The notes under the pieces are model-generated. The model did no database searches. It was not told the origin of the DNA and saw only the letters and a list, made by a program, of their open reading frames with translations. A DNA stretch of 64,000 nucleotides from Eubacteriales bacterium (GTDB taxonomy: Bacteria; Bacillota; Clostridia; Christensenellales; CAG-138): NCBI GenBank assembly GCA_021373115.1, contig JAJFTI010000036.1:12524-76523 (forward strand), in the 5' to 3' direction. Within the stretch, counting starts at the first letter, position 1, and each line of letters starts with the position of its first letter. A program made the translations under genes and the position numbers. Below, piece by piece: positions 24,711 through 33,555 of this stretch.

Positions 24711-25371
24711 TCGCCCGCTCCCATATCCGCGAGGATCGCGCGCATCTGTTCCTCCGTCAGTCCGCCCTGATGCGCGGTAAATACGTGTTTCTGCGTATCC
24801 TTCGCGCTGTAGAAGATGAACTCCACATCGATTCCCTCCCCGGGCTTATAGGGCGTCCCGTCCGCATTGATAAAAATCTGCGTCGGGATCACCTGTATGG
24901 GAAAACTTGCAACCGCGTCGGGGTATTTCCGAACATCCACGAATTTACGATCGCCTTGCCGCGGTAGTCCTCGTTGGCGCTCTTCAGCACCGGCGCCATC
25001 TCCTGGCAGGGTATGCAGGAGTCCGACCCGAAATCAATGACGATCGGCAGACGATACGGTAGCAGCGCGGCAAGATCGATGCTTTCCACCTCCAGCGCAA
25101 AGTCGTCGGCACTCTGTTCCGCTGCATCCGCGGCGGAAGCGCTCTGCGTCGGGCTCGCCGTACTTTCGTCTTGCTTCTTCAAAACGCCGTTTTTCATCAG
25201 CCAGACCGTTGCTACAGCCGCCAGAACCGCAACAGAAATCAGGATTTTCAGCAGAATGCCTCTTTTATCGGATTTTTCCTCATCCACAGCAGCTTCCTCC
25301 ACCGCAGGAGCAAGCCCCGTCGCTTTCCGCTTTTTTGCCGTTCGGCGGAGTCCAACCCGTGTCGTCGCCAA
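24707..25371 (-). pseudogene. Membrane-anchored TlpA/ResA-like thioredoxin, interrupted by a 1-nt frameshift
   Basis: ORFs 24889..25371 and 24707..24940 are in different frames. Joined, they read ...DFGSDSCIPCQEMAPVLKSANEDYRGKAIV|KFVDVRKYPDAVASFPIQVIPTQIFINADG. The break is at the A/T homopolymer 24944-24946. The N-terminal boundary is uncertain because it overlaps the ferredoxin gene. Confidence 0.65.
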
Positions 25372-25561
25372 TATACGTGATCGCGCCGGACGGGCAGCGG
25401 TTTCCGCAGCCGTGGCAGTGATCGACGCAGGAATCCGGAACTTTCACGACCGGGGTCGGCGCTTTTTTGGTGTCGTATACGCTATGCGGGCACATCGACA
25501 CGCAGGTTCCGCACTCCGTGCAGACGGAATAATCGACAACGGGATACCAGGTTTTTGCCAT
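25280..25561 (-). CDS. Small 4Fe-4S ferredoxin-like protein with a poly-Cys C-terminal tail
   Basis: Motifs CTECGTCVSMCP and CVDHCHGCGNRCP. Tail DGACSCGGGSCCG. Confidence 0.7.
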   Translation of the reverse strand: MAKTWYPVVDYSVCTECGTCVSMCPHSVYDTKKAPTPVVKVPDSCVDHCHGCGNRCPSGAITYIGDDTGWTPPNGKKAESDGACSCGGGSCCG

Positions 25562-25570
25562 ATGTTCCTC

Positions 25571-26584
25571 CTATGCAATCAACGGCTGAAGCGCGTTGAA
25601 CAAATAACCGACCAGAATGATGCCAACGGTACAGATTGCGATGAACAGCGCCAGCAGCTTTGGTTTGACCGCTTTCCGGAGCATGATCATCGAAGGCAGC
25701 GAAAGCGTTGTAACCGCCATCATGAACGAAAGCACGGAGCCGAGCTGCGCGCCCTTTGCGAACAATGCTTCCGCGATGGGAATCGTGCCGAATATATCCG
25801 CGTACATCGGCACGCCGATGAGCGTAGCCAGCACCACGCCGAAGGGGTTTTTATTGCCGAGCACGGTAACGATCCAGTCTTCCGGAATCCAGTTGTGGAT
25901 CACCGCGCCGACGCCGACGCCGATCAGGACATACGGAAACACCTTTTTGAACGTATTAACCATCTGCTCTTTGGCATAGATCAGCCGCTCCCGAACGGTC
26001 AGCTCGGGCGAATCGATATCCACGCTGCCCGCGGTCAGGATAAAGCTCTCCACATATCGTTCCATTTTCATTTTTTCAATCAGCGTGCCGCCGAGCACCG
26101 CGATCACCAGCCCGAAGACAACGTAGATCACCGCGACTCTCGCGCCGAAGATGCTCATCAGCAGCACCAGCGAACCGAGATCAACCATAGGCGACGAAAT
26201 CAGAAACGAAAACGTAACCCCGACCGGAAGGCCGGCAGAGGTAAAGCCGATGAACAGCGGAATCGACGAGCAGGAGCAAAACGGCGTTACCGTGCCCAGC
26301 AGCGCGGCGATGATATTCGCGCCGATGCCGCGAAAGCGCCCGAGAATCTTTTTACTGCGCTCCGGCGGAAAAAAGCTCTGTATATAGCTGATGATAAAAA
26401 TCAGCGTGCACAACAGCACCGTAATCTTAATCACGTCATAAAAAAAGAATTGCAGGCTGCCTGCCCAGCGGCCCGTAATATCCAGGCCAAGGGCGGTCAG
26501 CGCGCGGCCGATCAGATCGTTCAGCCATTTCATGGCGAGCACCTGATTCTGAAAGAAATCCCAAATGTTTTTGAATATTTGCAT
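25571..26584 (-). CDS. COG0701-type permease (ArsP-like putative organoarsenical/metalloid permease)
   Basis: Multi-TM protein. Motif GTVTPFCSCSSIPLFIGF is typical of this permease family, which commonly sits next to ArsR and the thioredoxin-like protein. Confidence 0.75.
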   Translation of the reverse strand: MQIFKNIWDFFQNQVLAMKWLNDLIGRALTALGLDITGRWAGSLQFFFYDVIKITVLLCTLIFIISYIQSFFPPERSKKILGRFRGIGANIIAALLGTVTPFCSCSSIPLFIGFTSAGLPVGVTFSFLISSPMVDLGSLVLLMSIFGARVAVIYVVFGLVIAVLGGTLIEKMKMERYVESFILTAGSVDIDSPELTVRERLIYAKEQMVNTFKKVFPYVLIGVGVGAVIHNWIPEDWIVTVLGNKNPFGVVLATLIGVPMYADIFGTIPIAEALFAKGAQLGSVLSFMMAVTTLSLPSMIMLRKAVKPKLLALFIAICTVGIILVGYLFNALQPLIA

Positions 26585-26642
26585 GTTTTTCCTGTCCCAA
26601 CCGATCGTTCAACCGGTTTTTCTGTAATTCTGTTCTACCGCT

Positions 26643-26963
26643 TTATGCCTGCTTTTCGCAGCAATCGTTCTCCTCCGGCGTTTCCTCCGGCGTTGTAATC
26701 GCGCGCAGCAGCGCGAGAGCATATGCGCTGCCCGCCTCGCGGATACTGTAGTGCGTCCACTTGCCCTCCTGCCGCGCGGCAACCACGCCGGACTCCACGA
26801 GAATTTTCATATGGTACGAGAGCGCGGACTGTCCGATGCCAATGTCCTCGATCAACGCGCAGGCGCATTTCTCCCCGCCGCGCAGCCGCTCCAGGATGCG
26901 CAGCCTGTTTTCATCGCAAAACGCTTTAAAAACCTTTGCGTCACGTTCGTAAGACGATTCCAT
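26643..26963 (-). CDS. arsR: ArsR/SmtB-family metalloregulator
   Basis: Segments FKAFCDENRLRILERLRGGEKCACALIEDIGIGQSALSYHMKIL carry a CxC site in helix 3. An extra C-terminal CC (ENDCCEKQA) is present. Confidence 0.9.
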   Translation of the reverse strand: MESSYERDAKVFKAFCDENRLRILERLRGGEKCACALIEDIGIGQSALSYHMKILVESGVVAARQEGKWTHYSIREAGSAYALALLRAITTPEETPEENDCCEKQA

Positions 26964-26984
26964 GTATTCTCCTCACATCAAAAT

Positions 26985-27021
26985 AACTTGATCTATTTCA
27001 TCATATCCGTCAAATCAAGTT
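26985..27021. promoter_or_regulatory. Inverted repeat AACTTGAT-N21-ATCAAGTT upstream of arsR (candidate operator/promoter region)
   Basis: Hand-read 8-nt perfect arms, 22-58 nt upstream of the arsR ATG in an AT-rich gap. Confidence 0.35.
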
Positions 27022-27040
27022 TTGTCAATCTGAAATTTTC

Positions 27041-27079
27041 GAAAAAATAAACCGCGCGGATTTTCGCTTCCGCGCGGCA
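27041..27079 (-). terminator. Intrinsic terminator ending the acc/fab operon
   Basis: Minus strand reads CCGCGCGGA-agcgaaaa-TCCGCGCGG, followed by TTATTTTTTC. Confidence 0.55.
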
Positions 27080-27126
27080 TATGGTTCTATCGTCTTCCGG
27101 CAGGAACCAAACGGTTGGCTGAATTC

Positions 27127-27561
27127 TTACGCGTCCTGAATCGCGAACACAAGCTCGCACTCCGCGACCTTTCGGCCAGCTACGCTTGCAATGCCCGCGC
27201 CGGTGCCGAACCCGCCGTTGACCGCATCAATCTTTGTTTCCAACTCCAGCAGGTCGCCCGGAACGACGGGGGCAAAAAACCGCGCGTTGCGGATGCGCCC
27301 GAGGAACGCGAGCTTCCCGCGCACGGCGTCCAGCGTTAAAAGCGCGATGCCGCCCGTCTGCGCGAGCGCCTCGACAATCAGCACGCCCGGCATCACTTTG
27401 GTTTCGGCAAAGTGCCCCAGAAAGAACCATTCGTTTGCGGAGACGGATTTCACCGCCTTTGCGTATTCGCCGGGAACGTAGTCCTCCACGCGATCCAGCA
27501 TCAAAAACGGCTCGCGGTGCGGCAGAATTTCTTTAATTTCTTCCACGCGCAGTTTCATCAT
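27127..27561 (-). CDS. fabZ: 3-hydroxyacyl-ACP dehydratase
   Basis: Segments ILPHREPFLMLDRV...FFLGHF...PGVLIVEALAQTG. Confidence 0.9.
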   Translation of the reverse strand: MMKLRVEEIKEILPHREPFLMLDRVEDYVPGEYAKAVKSVSANEWFFLGHFAETKVMPGVLIVEALAQTGGIALLTLDAVRGKLAFLGRIRNARFFAPVVPGDLLELETKIDAVNGGFGTGAGIASVAGRKVAECELVFAIQDA

Positions 27562-28805
27562 GCCAGTTTTCCGCCGTTCGCCTGTTTTTTGAGTACAAGG
27601 CAGCTGTTGTGCCCGCCAAAACCAAAGGAGTTTGAAAGCGCATAGTCGCAGTCCAGCGGCTGCGCCTTACCTTTCACGTAGTTGAGGCGGCAGTCCTCCG
27701 CCTCTTGTGTCAGTCCGATGGTCGGCGGCGCGACGCCCATATTCAGCGCCAGCAGCGAGAGGATCGCCTCAAACGCGCCCGCCGCGCCGAGCATATGCCC
27801 GGTCATCGACTTGGTCGAACTGACCTTGAGCCTTTTGGCATGTTCGCCGAAGCAGGTCTCGATTGCCGCGCTTTCGCCTGCGTCGTTGAGCGGTGTGCTC
27901 GTACCGTGCGCGTTGATGTAGCCAATCTGTTCCTTGTTGATCCCCGCGTCGCGAATCGCCTCCGCCATCGCGCGGGCGGCTTGCTTGCCCTCCGGCTGCG
28001 GGGCGGTGATGTGGTGCGCGTCGCAAGTCTGCGCGTATCCGGCGAGCTCGCCAAGCACGGTTGCGCCGCGCTTACGCGCGGAAGCCTCGCTTTCGAGCAA
28101 CAGAAACGCCGCGCCTTCGCCCATCACGAACCCCTGTCGCTCCTGATCGAACGGAATGCTCGCGCGAGCCGGATCAAGGCTCTCCGAGAGCGCGCCCATC
28201 TGATGGAACCCCTGCACGGCGAGTTCCGTCATCACCGATTCCGCGCCGCCGACAAGCATCGCGTCCACGCGCCCCTCGCGGATGGCATAGTACGCATGCC
28301 CGATCGCGTCCGCGCCGGAAGCGCAGGCGGTTACGAGCGAAAAGCACGGCCCGACGAGGCCGTAGCGAATCGCGATCAGCCCGGCGGTCGTGTTGATAAT
28401 CGTCTTCGGGATAAAGAGCGAGGAAACGCTCCTCGGCCCGTTGGTGCGCAGTTCTTCATGCTGTTCGCAGATGACGTCCAGGCCGCCCATGCCGCTGCCG
28501 AGTACAACGCCGACCCGCTCCGGGTCGAACCCGGCGTTTTGCAGGCCGCTCTGTTCCCAGGCCTGCGCCGCTGCGACAATCGCCATCTGCGTAAAGCGCG
28601 CCATACGTTTTGCCTCGCGCTTGTTAATGTACGGCTCCGGATTAAAATCCTTGACCTCGCCTGCGGCGAAGATCTGCGTTTCCTCGGCGGAAAATAACGT
28701 CGGCGCGCCGATTCCGCTCTTGCCCGCCGCCGCCGAAGCAAAGCTCTCCGCGGCGGACATGCCAATAGGGGACACCGCGCCCATACCGGTAATCCAAACG
28801 TTCAT
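27558..28805 (-). CDS. fabF: 3-oxoacyl-ACP synthase II
   Basis: 415 aa KAS II. Active-site region VTACASGADAIG, His motifs NAHGTSTPLND and KSMTGHMLGAAG. Confidence 0.9.
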   Translation of the reverse strand: MNVWITGMGAVSPIGMSAAESFASAAAGKSGIGAPTLFSAEETQIFAAGEVKDFNPEPYINKREAKRMARFTQMAIVAAAQAWEQSGLQNAGFDPERVGVVLGSGMGGLDVICEQHEELRTNGPRSVSSLFIPKTIINTTAGLIAIRYGLVGPCFSLVTACASGADAIGHAYYAIREGRVDAMLVGGAESVMTELAVQGFHQMGALSESLDPARASIPFDQERQGFVMGEGAAFLLLESEASARKRGATVLGELAGYAQTCDAHHITAPQPEGKQAARAMAEAIRDAGINKEQIGYINAHGTSTPLNDAGESAAIETCFGEHAKRLKVSSTKSMTGHMLGAAGAFEAILSLLALNMGVAPPTIGLTQEAEDCRLNYVKGKAQPLDCDYALSNSFGFGGHNSCLVLKKQANGGKLA

Positions 28806-28829
28806 GTTATCCCTTCCCTTTCGAAATAG

Positions 28830-29564
28830 CTAAATCGCCATGCCGCCGTCCACCACGAAGACCTGCCCCGTCACATAGGACGCGCCATCCGAGCAGAGGA
28901 AGGCGACCATGTTCGCAACATCCTCCGGCCGGCCGAGCCGGCGCAGCGGAATGCTCTGCTGCATCGCGTCCCGTGCGGCTTGCGGCATCTTCTGCGTCAT
29001 GGCGGTTTCAATAAACCCCGGAGCAACCGCATTGACGCAGATGCCCCAGCGAGCGACCTCTTTCGCGCCCGACTTCGTCAGCCCGATGATACCCGCCTTG
29101 GACGCGGCATAGTTCGCCTGGCCGATGTTGCCGGTCATGCCGACGACGGATGTGATGTTCACGATTCGCCCGCGTTTTTCTTTCGCCATGGCGGAAATTC
29201 CCTCGCGCGTGCAGTAAAAGCAGCTGTCGAGGTTTGCCCTTAGCACACTCTGGTACTGCTCGTCCGTCATGCGAAGCAGCAGGCCGTCGTTCGTTATCCC
29301 CGCGTTGTTAACCAGCGCGTAGAGCCCGCCGAGTTGCTGAACGCAGACCTCGACCAGCCGCACGCACTCCTTTGAGTCCGTCAAGTCCGCCTGAACCGCA
29401 AGCGCATGTTGCCCCAGCGCGCGAATCTGTTCGCAGGCCGTCTCCGCCTCTTGCGCGTTGCCGCGGTAATGCACGGCAACGTCAAATCCGTCTTGTGCCA
29501 ACCTGCGGCAGATCGCGCGGCCTATGCCGCCCGACCCGCCGGTGACCAGCGCCGCGCGGCTCAC
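28830..29564 (-). CDS. fabG: 3-oxoacyl-ACP reductase (SDR)
   Basis: Motifs [15 protein letters not shown] and YAASKAG. Confidence 0.9.
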   Translation of the reverse strand: MSRAALVTGGSGGIGRAICRRLAQDGFDVAVHYRGNAQEAETACEQIRALGQHALAVQADLTDSKECVRLVEVCVQQLGGLYALVNNAGITNDGLLLRMTDEQYQSVLRANLDSCFYCTREGISAMAKEKRGRIVNITSVVGMTGNIGQANYAASKAGIIGLTKSGAKEVARWGICVNAVAPGFIETAMTQKMPQAARDAMQQSIPLRRLGRPEDVANMVAFLCSDGASYVTGQVFVVDGGMAI

Positions 29565-30496
29565 TTGGATTCTCCTGAAACCGCCTGCAGAAACGCTTCC
29601 AGCGAAGCGGCGTTCGAAACGGAATAGACCTCCGCGCCCGCTGCCACGCGCCGCTTGAGCATTTTGCCGAGCACGTTGCCGGGGCCGATTTCGACAAATC
29701 GGGTAACGCCGCTATTGAGCATATGCTCCACGCAGTCGTGCCAGCGCACGCGAACACGCATCTGCTCGCAGAGCAGCGCGCGCACGTCCGCCCCCGGCGG
29801 ATACGGCGAGCCAAGGGCGTTGCTGTAGACCGTCTTTGAGACCGCGCCAAACTGCTCGCTTTCCAGCACGGCGGCGAACCGCTCCGCCGCCTCGCCCAGC
29901 AGCGGGCAGTGTGACGGCCCTCTCATCGTGAGCAGCGACACCATGCGCGCGCCCGCCGCTTCCAGCGTGGGTTTGAGCGAATCCAGCTCCGGCAGCAGCC
30001 CGCCGAGCACCAGCAGGGTCTCGTTCAGATGGTTTGAAACATACACATTCCGGCAGGAAACGATGCAGGCTTCCGCCTGCTCCATCGTCAAGCCGACGAC
30101 GGAGAGCATGCCGCCCGTGCCGGGAGGCACCGCGCCGTCCATAATCGCGCCGCGCTGCCGCACAATCGCCGCGCCGCGCGCCGCGTCGAATACGCCCGCC
30201 GCCGCGAGCGCGCCGTATTCGCCGAGCGAAAGCCCCGCGAACACATCCGCATCCACGCCCGCCGCGCGAATGGCGCTGAGCAGCGAAACGGTGTGCGTAT
30301 AGATTGCCGTCTGAATCGCGTCGCTGCCTTCCATGCCCGCGCCTCCGAAGCAGGCGGCTTTCAGGTTCAGTCCGGTCTTCTCCTGGCACGCGTCAAACAT
30401 CTGCCGGTAAGGAATAGAAGATTCGTATAAGTCCGCTCCCATGCCGACCGCCTGCGCGCCCTGGCCGGGAAATAGAAATGCCGTTTTCATGCTCAA
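29561..30496 (-). CDS. fabD: Malonyl-CoA:ACP transacylase
   Basis: Motifs [14 protein letters not shown] and active-site GLSLGEY. Confidence 0.9.
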   Translation of the reverse strand: MSMKTAFLFPGQGAQAVGMGADLYESSIPYRQMFDACQEKTGLNLKAACFGGAGMEGSDAIQTAIYTHTVSLLSAIRAAGVDADVFAGLSLGEYGALAAAGVFDAARGAAIVRQRGAIMDGAVPPGTGGMLSVVGLTMEQAEACIVSCRNVYVSNHLNETLLVLGGLLPELDSLKPTLEAAGARMVSLLTMRGPSHCPLLGEAAERFAAVLESEQFGAVSKTVYSNALGSPYPPGADVRALLCEQMRVRVRWHDCVEHMLNSGVTRFVEIGPGNVLGKMLKRRVAAGAEVYSVSNAASLEAFLQAVSGESK

Positions 30497-31449
30497 CCCT
30501 CCAGAAGTACCGAAGCTCCGCCCAGCGCCGCGCGGATGCCGTCCGCATCAAACAGCTCGCGGACGATTTCGGCGGCGGGCTGAATGCGGTCCACCATGCA
30601 GGCGCACTGCCCCGCCATGAACGAACCGCGTTCTTTGTCGCCGTGCAGCACCGCGCGCATCAGCGAACCCTCGCCGAGTTTTTCCACATGCTGCAGGCCG
30701 TCCGGTTCGTATTCCGCGCTGGCCAATTCGCGCTGCAGGGGGCTGCGCAGCACGCGCACCGGATGGCCGGTGATGCGCCCCGTCACCTTGCTGTCGATAT
30801 CCTTGGCGCGGATCACGCGATCCTTATACTCCGTGTGCGCCATGCACTCCTCCGCGAGAATGAAGCGCGTGCCGACCTGAACGCCCTTTGCGCCGAGCAC
30901 AAATGCCGCCGCAACCGTCGCCGCGTCAAACACACCGCCCGCCGCGACGACCGGAATCTTCACGTTACGAACGATGTCCGGCCAGAGCACCATGGAGGTC
31001 AGTTCCCCGATGTGCCCGCCCGCTTCGCAGCCCTCCGCAATCACGAAATCCGCGCCCATGCGTTCCATCAGCTGCGCAAGCGCGCGGCTCGCGACCACGG
31101 GCGCAACCACGCAGCCCGCCGCCTTCCAGCGCGCAACGTACGCGTCCGGATTGCCCGCCCCAGTGATAACCACCGGAACGCGCAGCTCCGCGGCCAGCGC
31201 CGCCACCTCCGCCACATAGGGGCTCAGCAACATAACGTTAAGTCCGAACGGCCGGTCGGTCTTTTCGCGCAGCAGCCGAATCTGCGTTTCCACCCAGTCC
31301 GGCGGCGCGTTGCCCGCGGCGATAACGCCAAGTCCGCCCGCCATCGAGACGGCGGCTGCGAGGTTCGCGTCGGACACCCAGGCCATGCCGCCTTGAATGA
31401 GCGGAAACTCCGTCTTCGTCAGCGCCGAGATGGTGCCGCCATACTTCAT
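30493..31449 (-). CDS. fabK: Enoyl-ACP reductase II (FMN, nitronate monooxygenase fold)
   Basis: Segments PLIQGGMAWVSDANLAAAVSMAGGLGVI...AEGCEAGGHIG. Its position between acpP and fabD supports the call. Confidence 0.85.
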   Translation of the reverse strand: MKYGGTISALTKTEFPLIQGGMAWVSDANLAAAVSMAGGLGVIAAGNAPPDWVETQIRLLREKTDRPFGLNVMLLSPYVAEVAALAAELRVPVVITGAGNPDAYVARWKAAGCVVAPVVASRALAQLMERMGADFVIAEGCEAGGHIGELTSMVLWPDIVRNVKIPVVAAGGVFDAATVAAAFVLGAKGVQVGTRFILAEECMAHTEYKDRVIRAKDIDSKVTGRITGHPVRVLRSPLQRELASAEYEPDGLQHVEKLGEGSLMRAVLHGDKERGSFMAGQCACMVDRIQPAAEIVRELFDADGIRAALGGASVLLEG

Positions 31450-31673
31450 GCCTGCTTGCCCTCAAGGTGCTTGATGAGTTCGCCGACGGTGTGGATGTCG
31501 CCGACTTCCTCCACGGGAACCTTGATGCCCGTTTCCTTTTCGAGATCGATCAGCATCTCGACCATGTCCAGCGAGTCCATCGAGAAGTCCTCGACAAACC
31601 GGCTTTCCGGCTTGATCGCGTCCCGCTCCAGATCCAGTTGCGCCATAAGATTCTTGATAATAATTTCCTGCAT
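31446..31673 (-). CDS. acpP: Acyl carrier protein
   Basis: 75 aa. Phosphopantetheine site FSMDSLDMVE. Confidence 0.9.
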   Translation of the reverse strand: MQEIIIKNLMAQLDLERDAIKPESRFVEDFSMDSLDMVEMLIDLEKETGIKVPVEEVGDIHTVGELIKHLEGKQA

Positions 31674-31728
31674 AAATAAGTTCTCCTTTGTTTTTATATT
31701 TCACGACGACTCGTAAAGATCCATTGTG

Positions 31729-32715
31729 TTATGGTTTGTCCGGCAGATCCCAGTCGATCACCACGCCGCCGCTCGTGAGTCCGGAGCCGAATCCGGCGAG
31801 CGCTACGCGATCTCCCTGCCGCAGCCAACCCGCTTCCCAGGCGTCGCAAAGCGCGATCGGGATCGTCGCGGACGAGGTGTTTGCGTAGCTCGCGATGTTG
31901 AGAAAAAACGCGTCGCGGCCCATGTTCATCGTCCGCATGACGTAATCGATGATCTTTTCGTTCGCCTGATGCGGAATCACCTTCGTAAACGGCTTATCTG
32001 CGCAGAACGCAGACAGCCGTTTCAACGTGTCTTCCAGCACGCCGACCGCGTAGGTGAATACGTCCGCGCCCTTCATGCGGATGTACTCCGTTGCCGTATT
32101 CCGCGCGGGCGAAAACGGTGTGCTGCGTGAATCTTTCCGAAGTACAATCACGTCGTTCGTATCCGGCGTCGCGCTCAAGATTGGGTACAACACCCGCGCC
32201 GTTTCACTGCGGCGGAGCACCACCGCGCCCGCGCCGTCCCCGAAGAGTACGCAGGTGGAACGGTCGTTCCAGTCGGTAAATCGGGACATCGCCTCGCTTG
32301 CGACGACGATTGCCGCCTCCGCGCCGAGCGTCTCCATGAGGGAGGCCGCGGCGACCAGCGCGTAAATGAAGCCAGTGCATCCGGCGGAGACGTCAAACGC
32401 CGCGCAGTTCTGAATACCGAGCGCCTTTTGAACGCTGCTCGCCATGGAAGGCGTCAGATCCTCGCCGGTGATTGTGCAGGCGACGATCAGGCCGACCGAC
32501 TCGCGGAGCACGCCGGACATCGCCAGCGCCTTTGCCGCGGAATCGGCCGCCATCCCCACAGCCGTTTCCCCCACCGCAACATGGCGCGTACGTATGCCCG
32601 TGCGCTTCGTGATCCATTCGTCGCTCGTTTCCACCAGCGATTCCAATTCCGTGTTCGTAACCACTTTTTCCGGAATCGAGCTGGCAACGCCAGCAATCGT
32701 CACATTCGCCAACAA
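31729..32715 (-). CDS. fabH: 3-oxoacyl-ACP synthase III
   Basis: Motifs AFDVSAGCTGFIYAL, HQAN and GFGSGLT. Confidence 0.9.
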   Translation of the reverse strand: MLANVTIAGVASSIPEKVVTNTELESLVETSDEWITKRTGIRTRHVAVGETAVGMAADSAAKALAMSGVLRESVGLIVACTITGEDLTPSMASSVQKALGIQNCAAFDVSAGCTGFIYALVAAASLMETLGAEAAIVVASEAMSRFTDWNDRSTCVLFGDGAGAVVLRRSETARVLYPILSATPDTNDVIVLRKDSRSTPFSPARNTATEYIRMKGADVFTYAVGVLEDTLKRLSAFCADKPFTKVIPHQANEKIIDYVMRTMNMGRDAFFLNIASYANTSSATIPIALCDAWEAGWLRQGDRVALAGFGSGLTSGGVVIDWDLPDKP

Positions 32716-33555
32716 TTAGAACCCCCTCATATTCAGGAATTTTTGCTGCCGGTTTTCCACCAGCCGGTCGGGCGAAAGCCGCGTCAGTTGCTTGAGCGAA
32801 ACGCGAATCGCCTTTCGTATCTCGTCCGTGCTTTCGTCCATTTGCGTGCGCGAAAACCCGCTTTGTTCGCGAATCACCGCGTCCACGATGTGAAAGCTTT
32901 TCAGATCGCTCGCGGTGAGCTTTAGGTTCTTCGCCGCTTCGGAGGCCATCGAGCTGTCCTTAAACAGAATCGACGCCGCACCCTCCGGCGAAATCACCGA
33001 GAAGTAGCTGTTTTCGAGCATGATCAGTCGATCCGCAAGCGAGAGCGCAAGCGCGCCGCCGCTTCCGCCTTCGCCAATGATAATCGAAATACAGGGTGTC
33101 TTTACCGTCGCCATGGCGCGGAGGTGTTCCGCAATCACGCGCCCCTGCCCCTTCGCCTCCGCCTCGACGCCGCAAAACGCGCCCGGCGTATCAACGAGGC
33201 AGATAACGGGGCGCTGAAACTTCTCCGCCTGTTTAAGCGCTCGCATCGATTTTCGATAACCCTCCGGCGAGGGCATGCCGAAATTGCAGCGCATGCGTTC
33301 CTCAAGAGTATGCCCCTTCTGCTGGCCGATTACCGTCACAGGAAACGTCTCAAACCACGCGATTGCGGTAACAATTGCCTCGTCGTTACCCATGCATTGA
33401 TCGCCCTGCACCTCGAACACGCCACGGAAGAGCTTTTCCATATAGTCCCGCGCCTGCGGTCGGTCCTCCTTGCGCGCGTTCATCACCCGCTCCCAGGCAG
33501 GTTCCAGCGGCGCGGCGGCGGCTGGATTCGATCCCGTTTTCTTAAGAGACGCCAC
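32716..33555 (-). CDS. accA: Acetyl-CoA carboxylase carboxyltransferase alpha subunit
   Basis: Segments FGMPSPEGYRKSMRALKQAEKFQRPVICLVDTPGAFCG...IIIGEGGSGGALAL. Confidence 0.9.
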   Translation of the reverse strand: MASLKKTGSNPAAAAPLEPAWERVMNARKEDRPQARDYMEKLFRGVFEVQGDQCMGNDEAIVTAIAWFETFPVTVIGQQKGHTLEERMRCNFGMPSPEGYRKSMRALKQAEKFQRPVICLVDTPGAFCGVEAEAKGQGRVIAEHLRAMATVKTPCISIIIGEGGSGGALALSLADRLIMLENSYFSVISPEGAASILFKDSSMASEAAKNLKLTASDLKSFHIVDAVIREQSGFSRTQMDESTDEIRKAIRVSLKQLTRLSPDRLVENRQQKFLNMRGF

